A DNA stretch of 64,000 nucleotides from an uncultured delta proteobacterium (GTDB taxonomy: Bacteria; Desulfobacterota; Binatia; DP-6): NCBI GenBank assembly GCA_963815115.1, contig CAWFFN010000008.1, positions 266,226 through 330,225 on the forward strand, read 5' to 3'. Both the position numbers and the translations under genes were made by a program. The notes under the pieces were generated by a model. That model saw nothing but the letters and a program-made list of their open reading frames with translations, did not search any database and was not told where the DNA came from. Shown one piece after another: positions 8,812-16,581 of the stretch. The stretch's first letter is position 1; each line of letters begins with the position of its first letter.

Positions 8812-9291
8812 ATGCGGATACTCGCCTGCTCAGTCACGGTCGGTGTGCTCGCCAGCCTCGCCCTCACGGGTTGCGGCGGTGGGGGGACGCCGACGGGCGA
8901 GACGCCCAAGCCCACGACGGTGACGACCGCTCCGGCAGCCGCCGTCCCGACTCTGCCTCCGGCCGCGGCCCCGACTCCACCGACCCCGCCCTCGACCGCC
9001 GCCGGCGCGAAGGAGGGAGAGGACGACGATCTCGCCGCTCCGTTGCTGGCGTGGGCAGACTCCGACACCGACGAAGGCAAGGCGCCGCTCACGGTGCAGT
9101 TCAAGGCCGATGTCGAAGGAGGCACCGCACCTCTCTCCTACGTGTGGAAGTTCGGGGACGGTTCGCCCGACTCCACCGAGGCAAACCCGAAGCACGTCTA
9201 CCAGAAGGCGGGCAAGTATCGCGCCGACCTGGAGGTGAAGGACTCCGCGGGCGACTCGGACTCGGACTACCTGGAGATCGACGCCCAGTAG
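8812..9291 (+). CDS. Small lipoprotein with a PKD domain.
   Basis: AGGAGG-like RBS (ggagga) 7 nt upstream of the ATG. MRILACSVTVGVLASLALTGCGG lipobox. C-terminal PLTVQFKADVEGGTAPLSYVWKFGDGSPDSTEANPKHVYQKAGKYRADLEVKDSAGDSD is a PKD-domain signature. Confidence 0.7.
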   Translation: MRILACSVTVGVLASLALTGCGGGGTPTGETPKPTTVTTAPAAAVPTLPPAAAPTPPTPPSTAAGAKEGEDDDLAAPLLAWADSDTDEGKAPLTVQFKADVEGGTAPLSYVWKFGDGSPDSTEANPKHVYQKAGKYRADLEVKDSAGDSDSDYLEIDAQ

Positions 9292-9308
9292 GATCGCGCA
9301 CGACCGGC

Positions 9309-10232
9309 TCACGGGGTGAGCGTCCCCACCACGTCGGTGACGGCCCGGAGGCCGCGCCCCGCGCACCAGCGCGCCATCTCCTCGGCGACGTGCAGCGGGG
9401 CGCGCGGATCGTAGAAGGTCGCCGTTCCCACCTGCACGGCGCGCGCGCCGCAGCAGAGGAACTCGAGCGCATCCTCGCCCGTCCGGATGCCGCCGATCCC
9501 CACGACGGGGATGCGCACGCCGCGCGCGAGGGCGTACACCATCGCCAGCGCCACGGGCTTGATCGCCGGCCCCGAGAGACCCCCGGTCACGCTGCGCAAG
9601 CGCGGGCGGCGGCTCTCGAGATCGACGGCCATCCCGCGCAGCGTGTTGATCGCGCACAGGGCGTCGGCGCCCTCACCTTCCACCGCGCGCCCTACCGCCG
9701 TGACGTCGCTCACGTTCGGCGACAGCTTCACCCACAGCGGCAGCCGCGCACGGCGTCGCACCGCACGCACCACGGCGGCCAGCGCCGCAGGGTCCGAGGC
9801 GATGATCCCACCCCACTCGGGCCGATTCGGACTCGCCGCGTTCAGCTCGAGAGCGACGAGCCCGGGCGCTCCATCGAGCCGGGCGGCGCACTCGGCGAAC
9901 TCCTCCGGGGCGTCGCCCCAGAAGTTCGCCACCACGCGCGCGCCGGCCCGGACGAGCGCGGGGAGCCGATCGCGCAGGAACGCCTCCACGCCGACGTTCT
10001 GCAGCCCGATGGCGTTCAGCATGCCGCCGGGACACTCGACGAGCCGCGGAGCGGGCTTACCCGGGTACGGCTCGAGCGACAGGCCCTTCACGCAGATCGC
10101 GCCGATCGCGGCGAGATCGACCAGCCCGGCGAACTCGAGGCCGTAGCCGAACGTGCCCGAGGCGGCGATCACGGGGTTCGGCAGAGTCACCGTCCCGACC
10201 GTCACCCGGGTATCGACCGCCAGCGGACTCAT
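9309..10232 (-). CDS. pyrD: Dihydroorotate dehydrogenase catalytic subunit (class 1).
   Basis: AASGTFGYG...GAICVKGLSLEP...GLQN.G...VNFWG...IGGI..G.DALEF.. motifs of class-1 DHODH. 307 aa. Confidence 0.85.
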   Translation of the reverse strand: MSPLAVDTRVTVGTVTLPNPVIAASGTFGYGLEFAGLVDLAAIGAICVKGLSLEPYPGKPAPRLVECPGGMLNAIGLQNVGVEAFLRDRLPALVRAGARVVANFWGDAPEEFAECAARLDGAPGLVALELNAASPNRPEWGGIIASDPAALAAVVRAVRRRARLPLWVKLSPNVSDVTAVGRAVEGEGADALCAINTLRGMAVDLESRRPRLRSVTGGLSGPAIKPVALAMVYALARGVRIPVVGIGGIRTGEDALEFLCCGARAVQVGTATFYDPRAPLHVAEEMARWCAGRGLRAVTDVVGTLTP

Positions 10233-10666
10233 CGCCCGTCCAGCTTGAGCTCCATCACGATCGCGTCCTGACCGGGTCCGTAGTAGCCGCGCCGGACCCC
10301 GAGGTCGCGGAAGCCGAGCTGGCGGTAGAGACGTCGCGCCACGAGGTTGCCGGCCCGCACCTCCAGGAACATGGTGCGCGCGCGCGTCGTGCGGCCTTCC
10401 TCGATCACCGCTTCCACCAGCACGCGGCCGACGCCGCTGCCACGCCGCGACTGGTGCACCGCGACGTTGAGCAGGTGCACCTCGTCAGTGACCCGCCAGC
10501 GGCAGCTGTACCCGACCAGCAAGGCACGCGCGTGCTGCTCGTCGATGGCCACGGTGAGCTGGGCGAAGGGTGTGGACAGCTCCTTCTCGAAGAAGGCGCG
10601 CGACCAGGGCTGCGCGAAGGCACGCCGCTCGATCTCGAGCACTGCCGGCAGGTCGTCGCGGCGCAT
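10229..10666 (-). CDS. rimI: GNAT acetyltransferase, RimI-like (ribosomal-protein-alanine N-acetyltransferase family).
   Basis: MRRDDLPAVLEIERRAF...WS...HLLNVAVHQSRRGSGVGRVLVEAV acetyl-CoA-binding motif. This is the C-terminal 145 aa of a 641-aa read-through ORF whose upstream portion is junk. Confidence 0.7.
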   Translation of the reverse strand: MRRDDLPAVLEIERRAFAQPWSRAFFEKELSTPFAQLTVAIDEQHARALLVGYSCRWRVTDEVHLLNVAVHQSRRGSGVGRVLVEAVIEEGRTTRARTMFLEVRAGNLVARRLYRQLGFRDLGVRRGYYGPGQDAIVMELKLDGR

Positions 10667-10689
10667 GGGCCGCAGGACGAGCGCCGCGC

Positions 10690-12093
10690 TCAGGTCGCGC
10701 CGCCCACCTTCGGGAGCACGACATCCAGCGTCTTGTCCCGGTAGCGGTGCCGGAAGCCCGTGACGGCCGCGGGCAAGGGCACCCGGGTCGTGAACTCCGA
10801 GGGAAACGCCGGCGCTGCGCCGGTGATGCGGCGCACGCTCGGATCGATCACGCGCGCATGCACCACGAAGCTCCCGTTCTCGAGCGCGAGGTCGTAGTCG
10901 TAGTCCGGCATCTGGGAGGGCAGCCCCAGCTCGAGCCCGAGGGACGAGGGCGGCACCAGGCGGGGGAACTCGAGCCGGAAGAGATAGGCGTCGTCGCGGT
11001 CCTCCAGCTTGAAGACCTCGCCGTAGCGGCGCGCGCGCTCGATCTTCTCGTCGAAGTGGACCTGGCCGGCGTGAAAGCCGTCGAAGCTCACCCCGCTGCT
11101 GGCCCCGCGCCGGCCGACGAGCGCCGTCACCAGCCCGGCGAACGGCAGGAGCAGCGGTCCGTACACGGCGCCGCGCAGCGGCGTGTCGGCGATGCTCTCC
11201 CCCCGGAACACGCTCTCGCGCAGCCGCCACGCCGCCTCGAGGAAGGCCAGCACGACACCCAGCGTGATCCAGCCTTGCACGTCCGAGCTGAACAGCACCG
11301 CTCGTCCCGCCAGCACCGCGAGCGCGACGCACAGCACCGGGTAGAGAACGAGATTCAGGAAGACGTTCCCTGCCGTGGCGAGCTGGGCACTGAAGAAGCG
11401 CCGGTCGCCCACCGCTTCCTCGAGGCGCCGCTTGGTGCCGGCCGGCAAGGCGCCGAGAACGCCCTGGCCGACGGCCAGCAGACAGAGCGGTAGGAGCGCC
11501 AGCCACGAGCCGGGGCGGCGACGCGGGGCGCCGAGGGTGGTCACGATCTGGTCGAAGTCGCCGGGCAGCTCGCGGGTGAACGTCTTCGGCGGCCGAGGCG
11601 GAGGGGGGGCAATCGCCTTCTCCACCTTGCCCCGGCCCACCGCCGGCGCGGCCCGAACGGGCGCCGGCGCGGCCGGTGCGGCGGCCGCCGCCGGGACCGG
11701 GCCCGGCGCCGCCGCCGGGGCGCTCGCGGGTGCTCCGGCCGGAGCGGCCTCGGCGCCGTCCTTCTTGAAACGTGACGGGGCGTCGTCGGGAATCGGCTCC
11801 TCCGGATGCAGCTCCCGCGCCCGCGCCAGCAGCACGTCGTGCGTCTCCGGGATCTCCGGGTTGGGCACGCAGCAGTCGACCGGACACACCGCCGCGCACG
11901 CCTCGTGGTCGTGGAACCCGACGCATTCCGTGCACTTCTCGGGGACGATGAAGAAGATCTCGTTCGACAGCGCCGGATGCATCGCCCCGTCGGGCGCCTG
12001 CCACTCCACCGCGCCCTGGTAGATCGCCGTATTCGGGCACTCGGGCTCGCAGGCCCCGCAGTTGATGCACTCGGAGGTGATCATGGTCGCCAT
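10690..12093 (-). CDS. Fusion protein: an N-terminal YfhL-like 2x[4Fe-4S] ferredoxin, an Ala/Pro-rich linker, four to five transmembrane helices, and an uncharacterised ~130-aa C-terminal domain.
   Basis: MATMITSECINCGACEPECPNTAIYQG...CTECVGFHDHEACAAVCPVDCC has two CxxCxxCxxxCP motifs. Hydrophobic segments such as SWLALLPLCLLAVGQGVLGAL and VFLNLVLYPVLCVALAVLAG. The C-terminal domain has normal, non-junk composition. Confidence 0.6.
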   Translation of the reverse strand: MATMITSECINCGACEPECPNTAIYQGAVEWQAPDGAMHPALSNEIFFIVPEKCTECVGFHDHEACAAVCPVDCCVPNPEIPETHDVLLARARELHPEEPIPDDAPSRFKKDGAEAAPAGAPASAPAAAPGPVPAAAAAPAAPAPVRAAPAVGRGKVEKAIAPPPPRPPKTFTRELPGDFDQIVTTLGAPRRRPGSWLALLPLCLLAVGQGVLGALPAGTKRRLEEAVGDRRFFSAQLATAGNVFLNLVLYPVLCVALAVLAGRAVLFSSDVQGWITLGVVLAFLEAAWRLRESVFRGESIADTPLRGAVYGPLLLPFAGLVTALVGRRGASSGVSFDGFHAGQVHFDEKIERARRYGEVFKLEDRDDAYLFRLEFPRLVPPSSLGLELGLPSQMPDYDYDLALENGSFVVHARVIDPSVRRITGAAPAFPSEFTTRVPLPAAVTGFRHRYRDKTLDVVLPKVGGAT

Positions 12094-12194
12094 CGATGGG
12101 AACCCCCTGGATAACCCCGCGAAAAGGGGTAGCCAACTTCATCCGAACCGTCAAACGGAACGGTGTCGAAGCGCTTCTTGCAACCGACCCGGGG

Positions 12195-14693
12195 CTACCG
12201 ATCGCCTGCCGGGGGCGCCTCCTGGAGCATGTTGTTCGAGTCCGGCCGCAGGATGCGTGCCGCGCTCTTGCCCCGAGTCCGCCTGTTCTCCATGGCGCGG
12301 CGCAGCTCGGCGAGGCCTTCGATCCGCGAGCTGAAGTCGTCGGTGACGTCGCGCGCCTCCTCGCGGTTGTGGATCACGTAGGGCGTGATCGTGATCAGCA
12401 GCTCGGTGCGCGTGGTCGCGTCGTCGTCCGTGCGGAAGAAACGTCCCAGCACCGGGACGTCCATCAGGTACGGAACGCCGGTACGGTTCCCCGAGATCTC
12501 GTCGTCGATGATGCCCCCGATGAGGACCGTGGCACCGTCCTGCACGACCATCGTCGTCTCGGCCTCGCGGGTAGTGAACGACGGCGAGTTCGTCGTACCG
12601 AAGCTCTGCTGGAGCACGTTGCTCACCTCCTGCCGCACCTGGAGGTTCACCAGGCCCTTCGAGTTCACCTGCGGCAGGACGGTGAGGATCTTCCCGGTGT
12701 CGCGGTACTGGATGGAGTTCGCGACCGTCCCCGCGGTGCCCGTCAGCACCGCGGTGGAGGTCGAGGTGAGGATCGGGACGGACTCGCCGACCAGGATGTG
12801 GGCCTCGCGGTTGTCGGCGGCGATGATGTGCGGTGCCGACAGCATCTTGACGCGGGTGACCTTGTTCAGCGCGTTGATGAAGATGTTGAAGTTCTGCTGG
12901 TCCGAGATGACCGCGAAGGCGCCCTGCGACGGCACGCGCGCCGCGGTTCCGACCAGGCCGCCGAGGAAGTTCGTTCCGGTGCCGCCCTGGCGGTTGTTGA
13001 AGATCGACGCGCCCTGATCGCCTCCGGGGACGGCGGCCTTGAGTGGGCCCTCCGAGAAGGCATAGGCGATGCCGAACTGGAGGTCCTTGTTGAGCGTCAC
13101 CTCGGCGATCATCACCTCGAGCACCACCTGGCGCGGGACCACGTCGATCTTCCGCACCACGTCGAGGATGAGCTGGTAGTCGCGCTTGGTCGCGAGCACG
13201 ACCAGCGAGTTGGTGACGTCGTCGGCGACGATCCGCACCTCCTGGCGAAACACCGGCAGCGGTCCCTGGATGGTCCCCGCCGGGCCGGGTGCAGGCGCCG
13301 GGCCACCCGGCAGCGACACGCCGGCGACTCCTCCGGGTTGTCCCGGGGCGTTCGCCTGTCCGGCGCGGCCGCCTCGCGCACCCGCGCCGGTGCCTCCGCG
13401 AGCGCCGAGTCCGGTACCGGTCCCGGTGCCGCCGCCGACACCACCGCCGAGCTGCGAGCCGCCGCCGCCGAGGCCGCCGCCCCCGCCTCCGAATCCGCCT
13501 GCGCCTCCGCCTCCACCTCCCTGGAACTGACCCGTCGTCCCTCCACCGCCGAAGCCGCCGCCGCCCAGGCCGCCAGCGCGACCTGCGCCGCCGCCGAAGC
13601 CGCCCGCGCCGCCACGTCCCGCGCCGCCGACACCGCCGCGCTGGCCAGCACCGCCCGCCGCGCCGCCGGCCCCGAACAGGCCCACGCCGCCCGGCGCAGC
13701 GCCGGGGTTGCGGCCGAGCCCGCCTGCTCCGCCTCCCTCGCCGCCGCCGAAGAGCTCGTTCAGCACGGCGGCGAGATCGGCCGCCTTGGCGTTCTCGACG
13801 CTGTAGACGAAGGTCTGGCGCCCGGCGCCCTTGTCGGGCGGGATGTCGAGCATCGCGAGCCAGCGGTCGATCTCGCCGAAGGCCGCCTGGTCGACGGCGA
13901 ACACCACGATCGCGTTCAGGCGCTGGAGCGGCACCATGAAGACGCCGCCCTCGCCCTCGCCGGTCGCGGTGACGCCGTAGGGTGCGAGCAGGGTGAGCAG
14001 CTCGTTGGCGAGCTCCTCGGGATCGCCTTCCTTCATCTTGTAGACGCGCGCATGCAGGTTCTTGAAGCCGTCGATGTCGAAGGTGGCTGCCAGCTGGCGC
14101 AGCCGCTGCACGTTGGAGTCGAGGTCGGTCACCACCACGGCGTTGGCGCGCGGGTAGGAGAAGACGTCGCCGCCGGGGGTCACGAACGGCTGGAGGATGT
14201 TCGCCATCTCCTCCGCCAGCACGTGGCGGATCTGGAAGATCTCGATGACGAAGCTGTCCTCGGCGCGAGCCGTGCTCTGCGCCGCGGAGGTGCGCGGGAT
14301 GATGGCCCGGGTCTTGGCCTCGGCAACGGGCAGTATCTGCCAGACGTCGCCGCTGCGCACGGCGGCGATCCCGTTCTGGCGGAGGATCTGGTTGAAGAGC
14401 GGGAAGAGCTCGCGGCGGGAGATCTTGCCCGTGGTGCGGATGGTCACCTGCCCTTCGATGCGCGGATCGAGCGTGTAGCTGAGGCCGAGCGCGGTCGCGA
14501 GGCTGTGGATCACCTCGCGGATGTCCGCCCGCTCGAAGTTGAGCACCATCGCCTCCTCGTCGCCGAGGGGTCGTTCGGGCTCGGGAGCAGCCTCCGTCGA
14601 CATGTCGGGCGGTGGCGCGGGCTGTGCCCAGGCGACGGCACCGACGAGCCCGATGGCGACGCTCACGATCACCAGCATCCGTGGCCCCTTCAC
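12195..14693 (-). CDS. gspD: Type II secretion system secretin GspD/XpsD, with a ~160-aa Gly-rich low-complexity insertion.
   Basis: Signal peptide (AWA/QP). N0 domain (LNFERADIREVIHSLATALGLSYTLDP). C-terminal secretin domain (VVLEVMIAEVTLNKDLQFG...). Confidence 0.85.
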   Translation of the reverse strand: MKGPRMLVIVSVAIGLVGAVAWAQPAPPPDMSTEAAPEPERPLGDEEAMVLNFERADIREVIHSLATALGLSYTLDPRIEGQVTIRTTGKISRRELFPLFNQILRQNGIAAVRSGDVWQILPVAEAKTRAIIPRTSAAQSTARAEDSFVIEIFQIRHVLAEEMANILQPFVTPGGDVFSYPRANAVVVTDLDSNVQRLRQLAATFDIDGFKNLHARVYKMKEGDPEELANELLTLLAPYGVTATGEGEGGVFMVPLQRLNAIVVFAVDQAAFGEIDRWLAMLDIPPDKGAGRQTFVYSVENAKAADLAAVLNELFGGGEGGGAGGLGRNPGAAPGGVGLFGAGGAAGGAGQRGGVGGAGRGGAGGFGGGAGRAGGLGGGGFGGGGTTGQFQGGGGGGAGGFGGGGGGLGGGGSQLGGGVGGGTGTGTGLGARGGTGAGARGGRAGQANAPGQPGGVAGVSLPGGPAPAPGPAGTIQGPLPVFRQEVRIVADDVTNSLVVLATKRDYQLILDVVRKIDVVPRQVVLEVMIAEVTLNKDLQFGIAYAFSEGPLKAAVPGGDQGASIFNNRQGGTGTNFLGGLVGTAARVPSQGAFAVISDQQNFNIFINALNKVTRVKMLSAPHIIAADNREAHILVGESVPILTSTSTAVLTGTAGTVANSIQYRDTGKILTVLPQVNSKGLVNLQVRQEVSNVLQQSFGTTNSPSFTTREAETTMVVQDGATVLIGGIIDDEISGNRTGVPYLMDVPVLGRFFRTDDDATTRTELLITITPYVIHNREEARDVTDDFSSRIEGLAELRRAMENRRTRGKSAARILRPDSNNMLQEAPPAGDR
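13270..13750 (-). repeat. GGC-rich low-complexity region encoding a Gly-rich (G/A/R/F/Q/T) insert in the N-terminal periplasmic part of GspD.
   Basis: Continuous GGxGGxGG runs (approximately aa 315-475 of GspD) read in the translation. Confidence 0.5.
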
Positions 14694-14770
14694 TGCAACC
14701 TCCTCCCGACGGTGAGCGTGTCTCCGGCCGGTCCGTGCGGTCCGACCACCTGCGTCTCCGACGGCGTGTA

Positions 14771-15658
14771 TCAGTTACCTTTGAGCTGTTCGAGTTTCTG
14801 CCGCACGGCGGCGGGAATGTTCGGGATCGGCGGCGCCGTGACAGGCGGCACCCCCGCTCCCATCTGTGGTTGACCGAAGTTCTGACCCGCGGCGGGCGAC
14901 GGCGGTATCCCGGGCACGGCCCCCGGCAGGCCGGGCGCGGGGGGCATTACCGGCGCCCCCGGTCGGCCCGGCACTCCCCCGCGCGGGATTCGCGGCTGGC
15001 CGCCCGGCACGGGAGGCGCCTGAGGCTGGATGCCGGCTGCCGGCGACCCGGCGTTGGCCGTCGCGGGCTGGCCCGGGCGCGGCGGGCCCCCGGGCCTGGG
15101 CGCTGCGGCTCCCGACTTCTCCACCGCCAGCGAGAGGGTGATCGTGTCGCCCGTGGCCGAGGCCAGGGTCACCCGGCTCGGCAGGATCGTCTTCAGGGTA
15201 TAGCCGCCCACCTGGTCCCCCACCCGCACGCGGCGCTGCTGGTTTGCCTGGCTGGCGTCCGTGATGAACGCCTCGCTGTCGCGGTTGCCGAGCATGCGGA
15301 TGCCGACCACCGTGAGACCCGGCGGAGGGGCGGCCTCCTTGGGCGGCGGGGGCTTCACCTCCTCGCTCGCCCTCTGCCGGCTCGGGTCGAAGAGATCGCG
15401 GTCGACGATGGTCGCGACCAGCGTGGCAGGCTGGACCACGGCCTTCTCGTTCGTTCCCCGCTTGCCACGATCGTGCCGCCCGGCCTTGGTGTCGCCACCC
15501 TTGCCGTTCTCCGCGCCGTCTCCCTTCGGCGCCGGGTCGGCACCGCGCGCCCCGGTCTCGACGGGCGGCAGCGAGCGGCCCCACGTGCGCGCGATCTCGA
15601 GGGTCAGCAGGAGGGCGATCAGGAGCAGGAACCCGTTCAGGATGGCCCAGCGTCCCAT
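14771..15658 (-). CDS. gspN: GspN/XpsN-like (GspC family) inner-membrane component. Inferred from its position between gspM and gspD, as in the Xanthomonas xps order.
   Basis: Start MGRWAILNGFLLLIALLLTL (one N-terminal TM helix), then a Pro-rich periplasmic region. The ATG overlaps the gspM stop by 1 nt (tgATGg). The track ORF upstream of this Met is junk. Confidence 0.45.
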   Translation of the reverse strand: MGRWAILNGFLLLIALLLTLEIARTWGRSLPPVETGARGADPAPKGDGAENGKGGDTKAGRHDRGKRGTNEKAVVQPATLVATIVDRDLFDPSRQRASEEVKPPPPKEAAPPPGLTVVGIRMLGNRDSEAFITDASQANQQRRVRVGDQVGGYTLKTILPSRVTLASATGDTITLSLAVEKSGAAAPRPGGPPRPGQPATANAGSPAAGIQPQAPPVPGGQPRIPRGGVPGRPGAPVMPPAPGLPGAVPGIPPSPAAGQNFGQPQMGAGVPPVTAPPIPNIPAAVRQKLEQLKGN

Positions 15659-16581
15659 CAACGCCTCCCGGGGACGCGCGCCGGCCGCCGATTCAGCAGC
15701 GGCGCCACCAGCGGGGAGACGGTGGTGGTCGGGTGCGTCGCGCTCGGTGTCGTCGTCGTGGACGCCGCACGGGTCGTCGGGACACCGCCCGCCGCGGTGG
15801 TGCTGGTGGTGGCACCGGGCGCGGCGGCGGTGGTCCTCGTCGTGACGCCCGGCGCGCCCGCGATGGTCGTGGTGGGGGCGCCGCTCTTCGCGGCGGCGGC
15901 CTCGTCCCCGTTGGCCTCGCTCCCCGCCTCGGTCTCCGCGGGTGCGGCTTCCTCGGCCTTGGCCTGCTCGCCGAGCACGAAGCCCGTCACCTCGAGGGTT
16001 GCCGACAGCGTCCGCGGGCCCTTGGCACCCGGCACGGCCCCGCGCCGGTTCACCTCGACGAACGGGATGGCGAGCTGCTGCCCGTACTCGAGACCGGAGA
16101 CGAGCTCGGCGAACGGCTTGAGCTCTCCGGAGAGGGTGAGACGAACCGCCACCTTGCGATACGGATCCACCGCCTCCTCCTTCATCACCTGCGTGCTCTG
16201 CACCGTGATGCCCTTCTCGGCGGCGAGCGAGTTGGCGCGCTCCTGCAACGCGGCCGCCCCGAGTGTCCCACCCCGGCCGGGAAGCAGGCGTCCCCGCGCC
16301 TGCACGAGGCGTTTCTTGAGGCTCTCGCGCTCCGCGCGCAGGGAGTCGGCCGCGCCGAGCGAGCGCGAGGCGCGCGCGAGCTGCTCCTGTCCGTCGGCGA
16401 TCTCCTCCGCGACGCGCTGGCGATACTCGCGCAGCGGGACCCACCCGAACAGGTAGAGCAGGCATGCGCCGGCGAACACGAGCACGCCCAGGATGATGCT
16501 CTGGTCGCGCCGCGAGTGGCCGGCGTACCAGCGCCGGAACCCGCCGAACAGTGCCTGCAGCCGGGCGCGCAGCGCGCTCAC
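15658..16581 (-). CDS. gspM: Type II secretion system protein M, with an unusually long Ala/Thr-rich C-terminal tail.
   Basis: N-terminal cytoplasmic segment, a TM helix (SIILGVLVFAGACLLYLFGWV) and a periplasmic domain. 307 aa against ~160-180 typical. Tail TTRTTAAAPGATTSTTAAGG... Confidence 0.6.
   Translation of the reverse strand: MSALRARLQALFGGFRRWYAGHSRRDQSIILGVLVFAGACLLYLFGWVPLREYRQRVAEEIADGQEQLARASRSLGAADSLRAERESLKKRLVQARGRLLPGRGGTLGAAALQERANSLAAEKGITVQSTQVMKEEAVDPYRKVAVRLTLSGELKPFAELVSGLEYGQQLAIPFVEVNRRGAVPGAKGPRTLSATLEVTGFVLGEQAKAEEAAPAETEAGSEANGDEAAAAKSGAPTTTIAGAPGVTTRTTAAAPGATTSTTAAGGVPTTRAASTTTTPSATHPTTTVSPLVAPLLNRRPARVPGRR

Noticed and set aside
9292-9311. A small hairpin (gctcac-ggg-gtgagc) between the convergent PKD lipoprotein and pyrD genes.
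   Set aside because: It has only a 6-bp stem overlapping the pyrD stop codon. Insufficient evidence for a terminator.
5985-10271. A 1428-aa plus-strand ORF spanning several genes.
   Set aside because: It is antisense to well-supported minus-strand genes (glycosyltransferases, M6 protease, pyrD). Its composition is Arg/Asp/His/Gly-rich with no recognisable domains. It is a classic GC3-bias antisense artefact.
12094-12194. A possible terminator hairpin (ccccgcgaaaagggg) and a weak TTGACG -35-like motif between gspD and the ferredoxin-fusion gene.
   Set aside because: The hairpin is short (4-bp stem) with no real U-tract and the -10 partner is poor. Too weak to call.
12096-14873. A 925-aa plus-strand ORF.
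   Set aside because: It is antisense to gspD with low-complexity R/D/H/V composition. It is an artefact.
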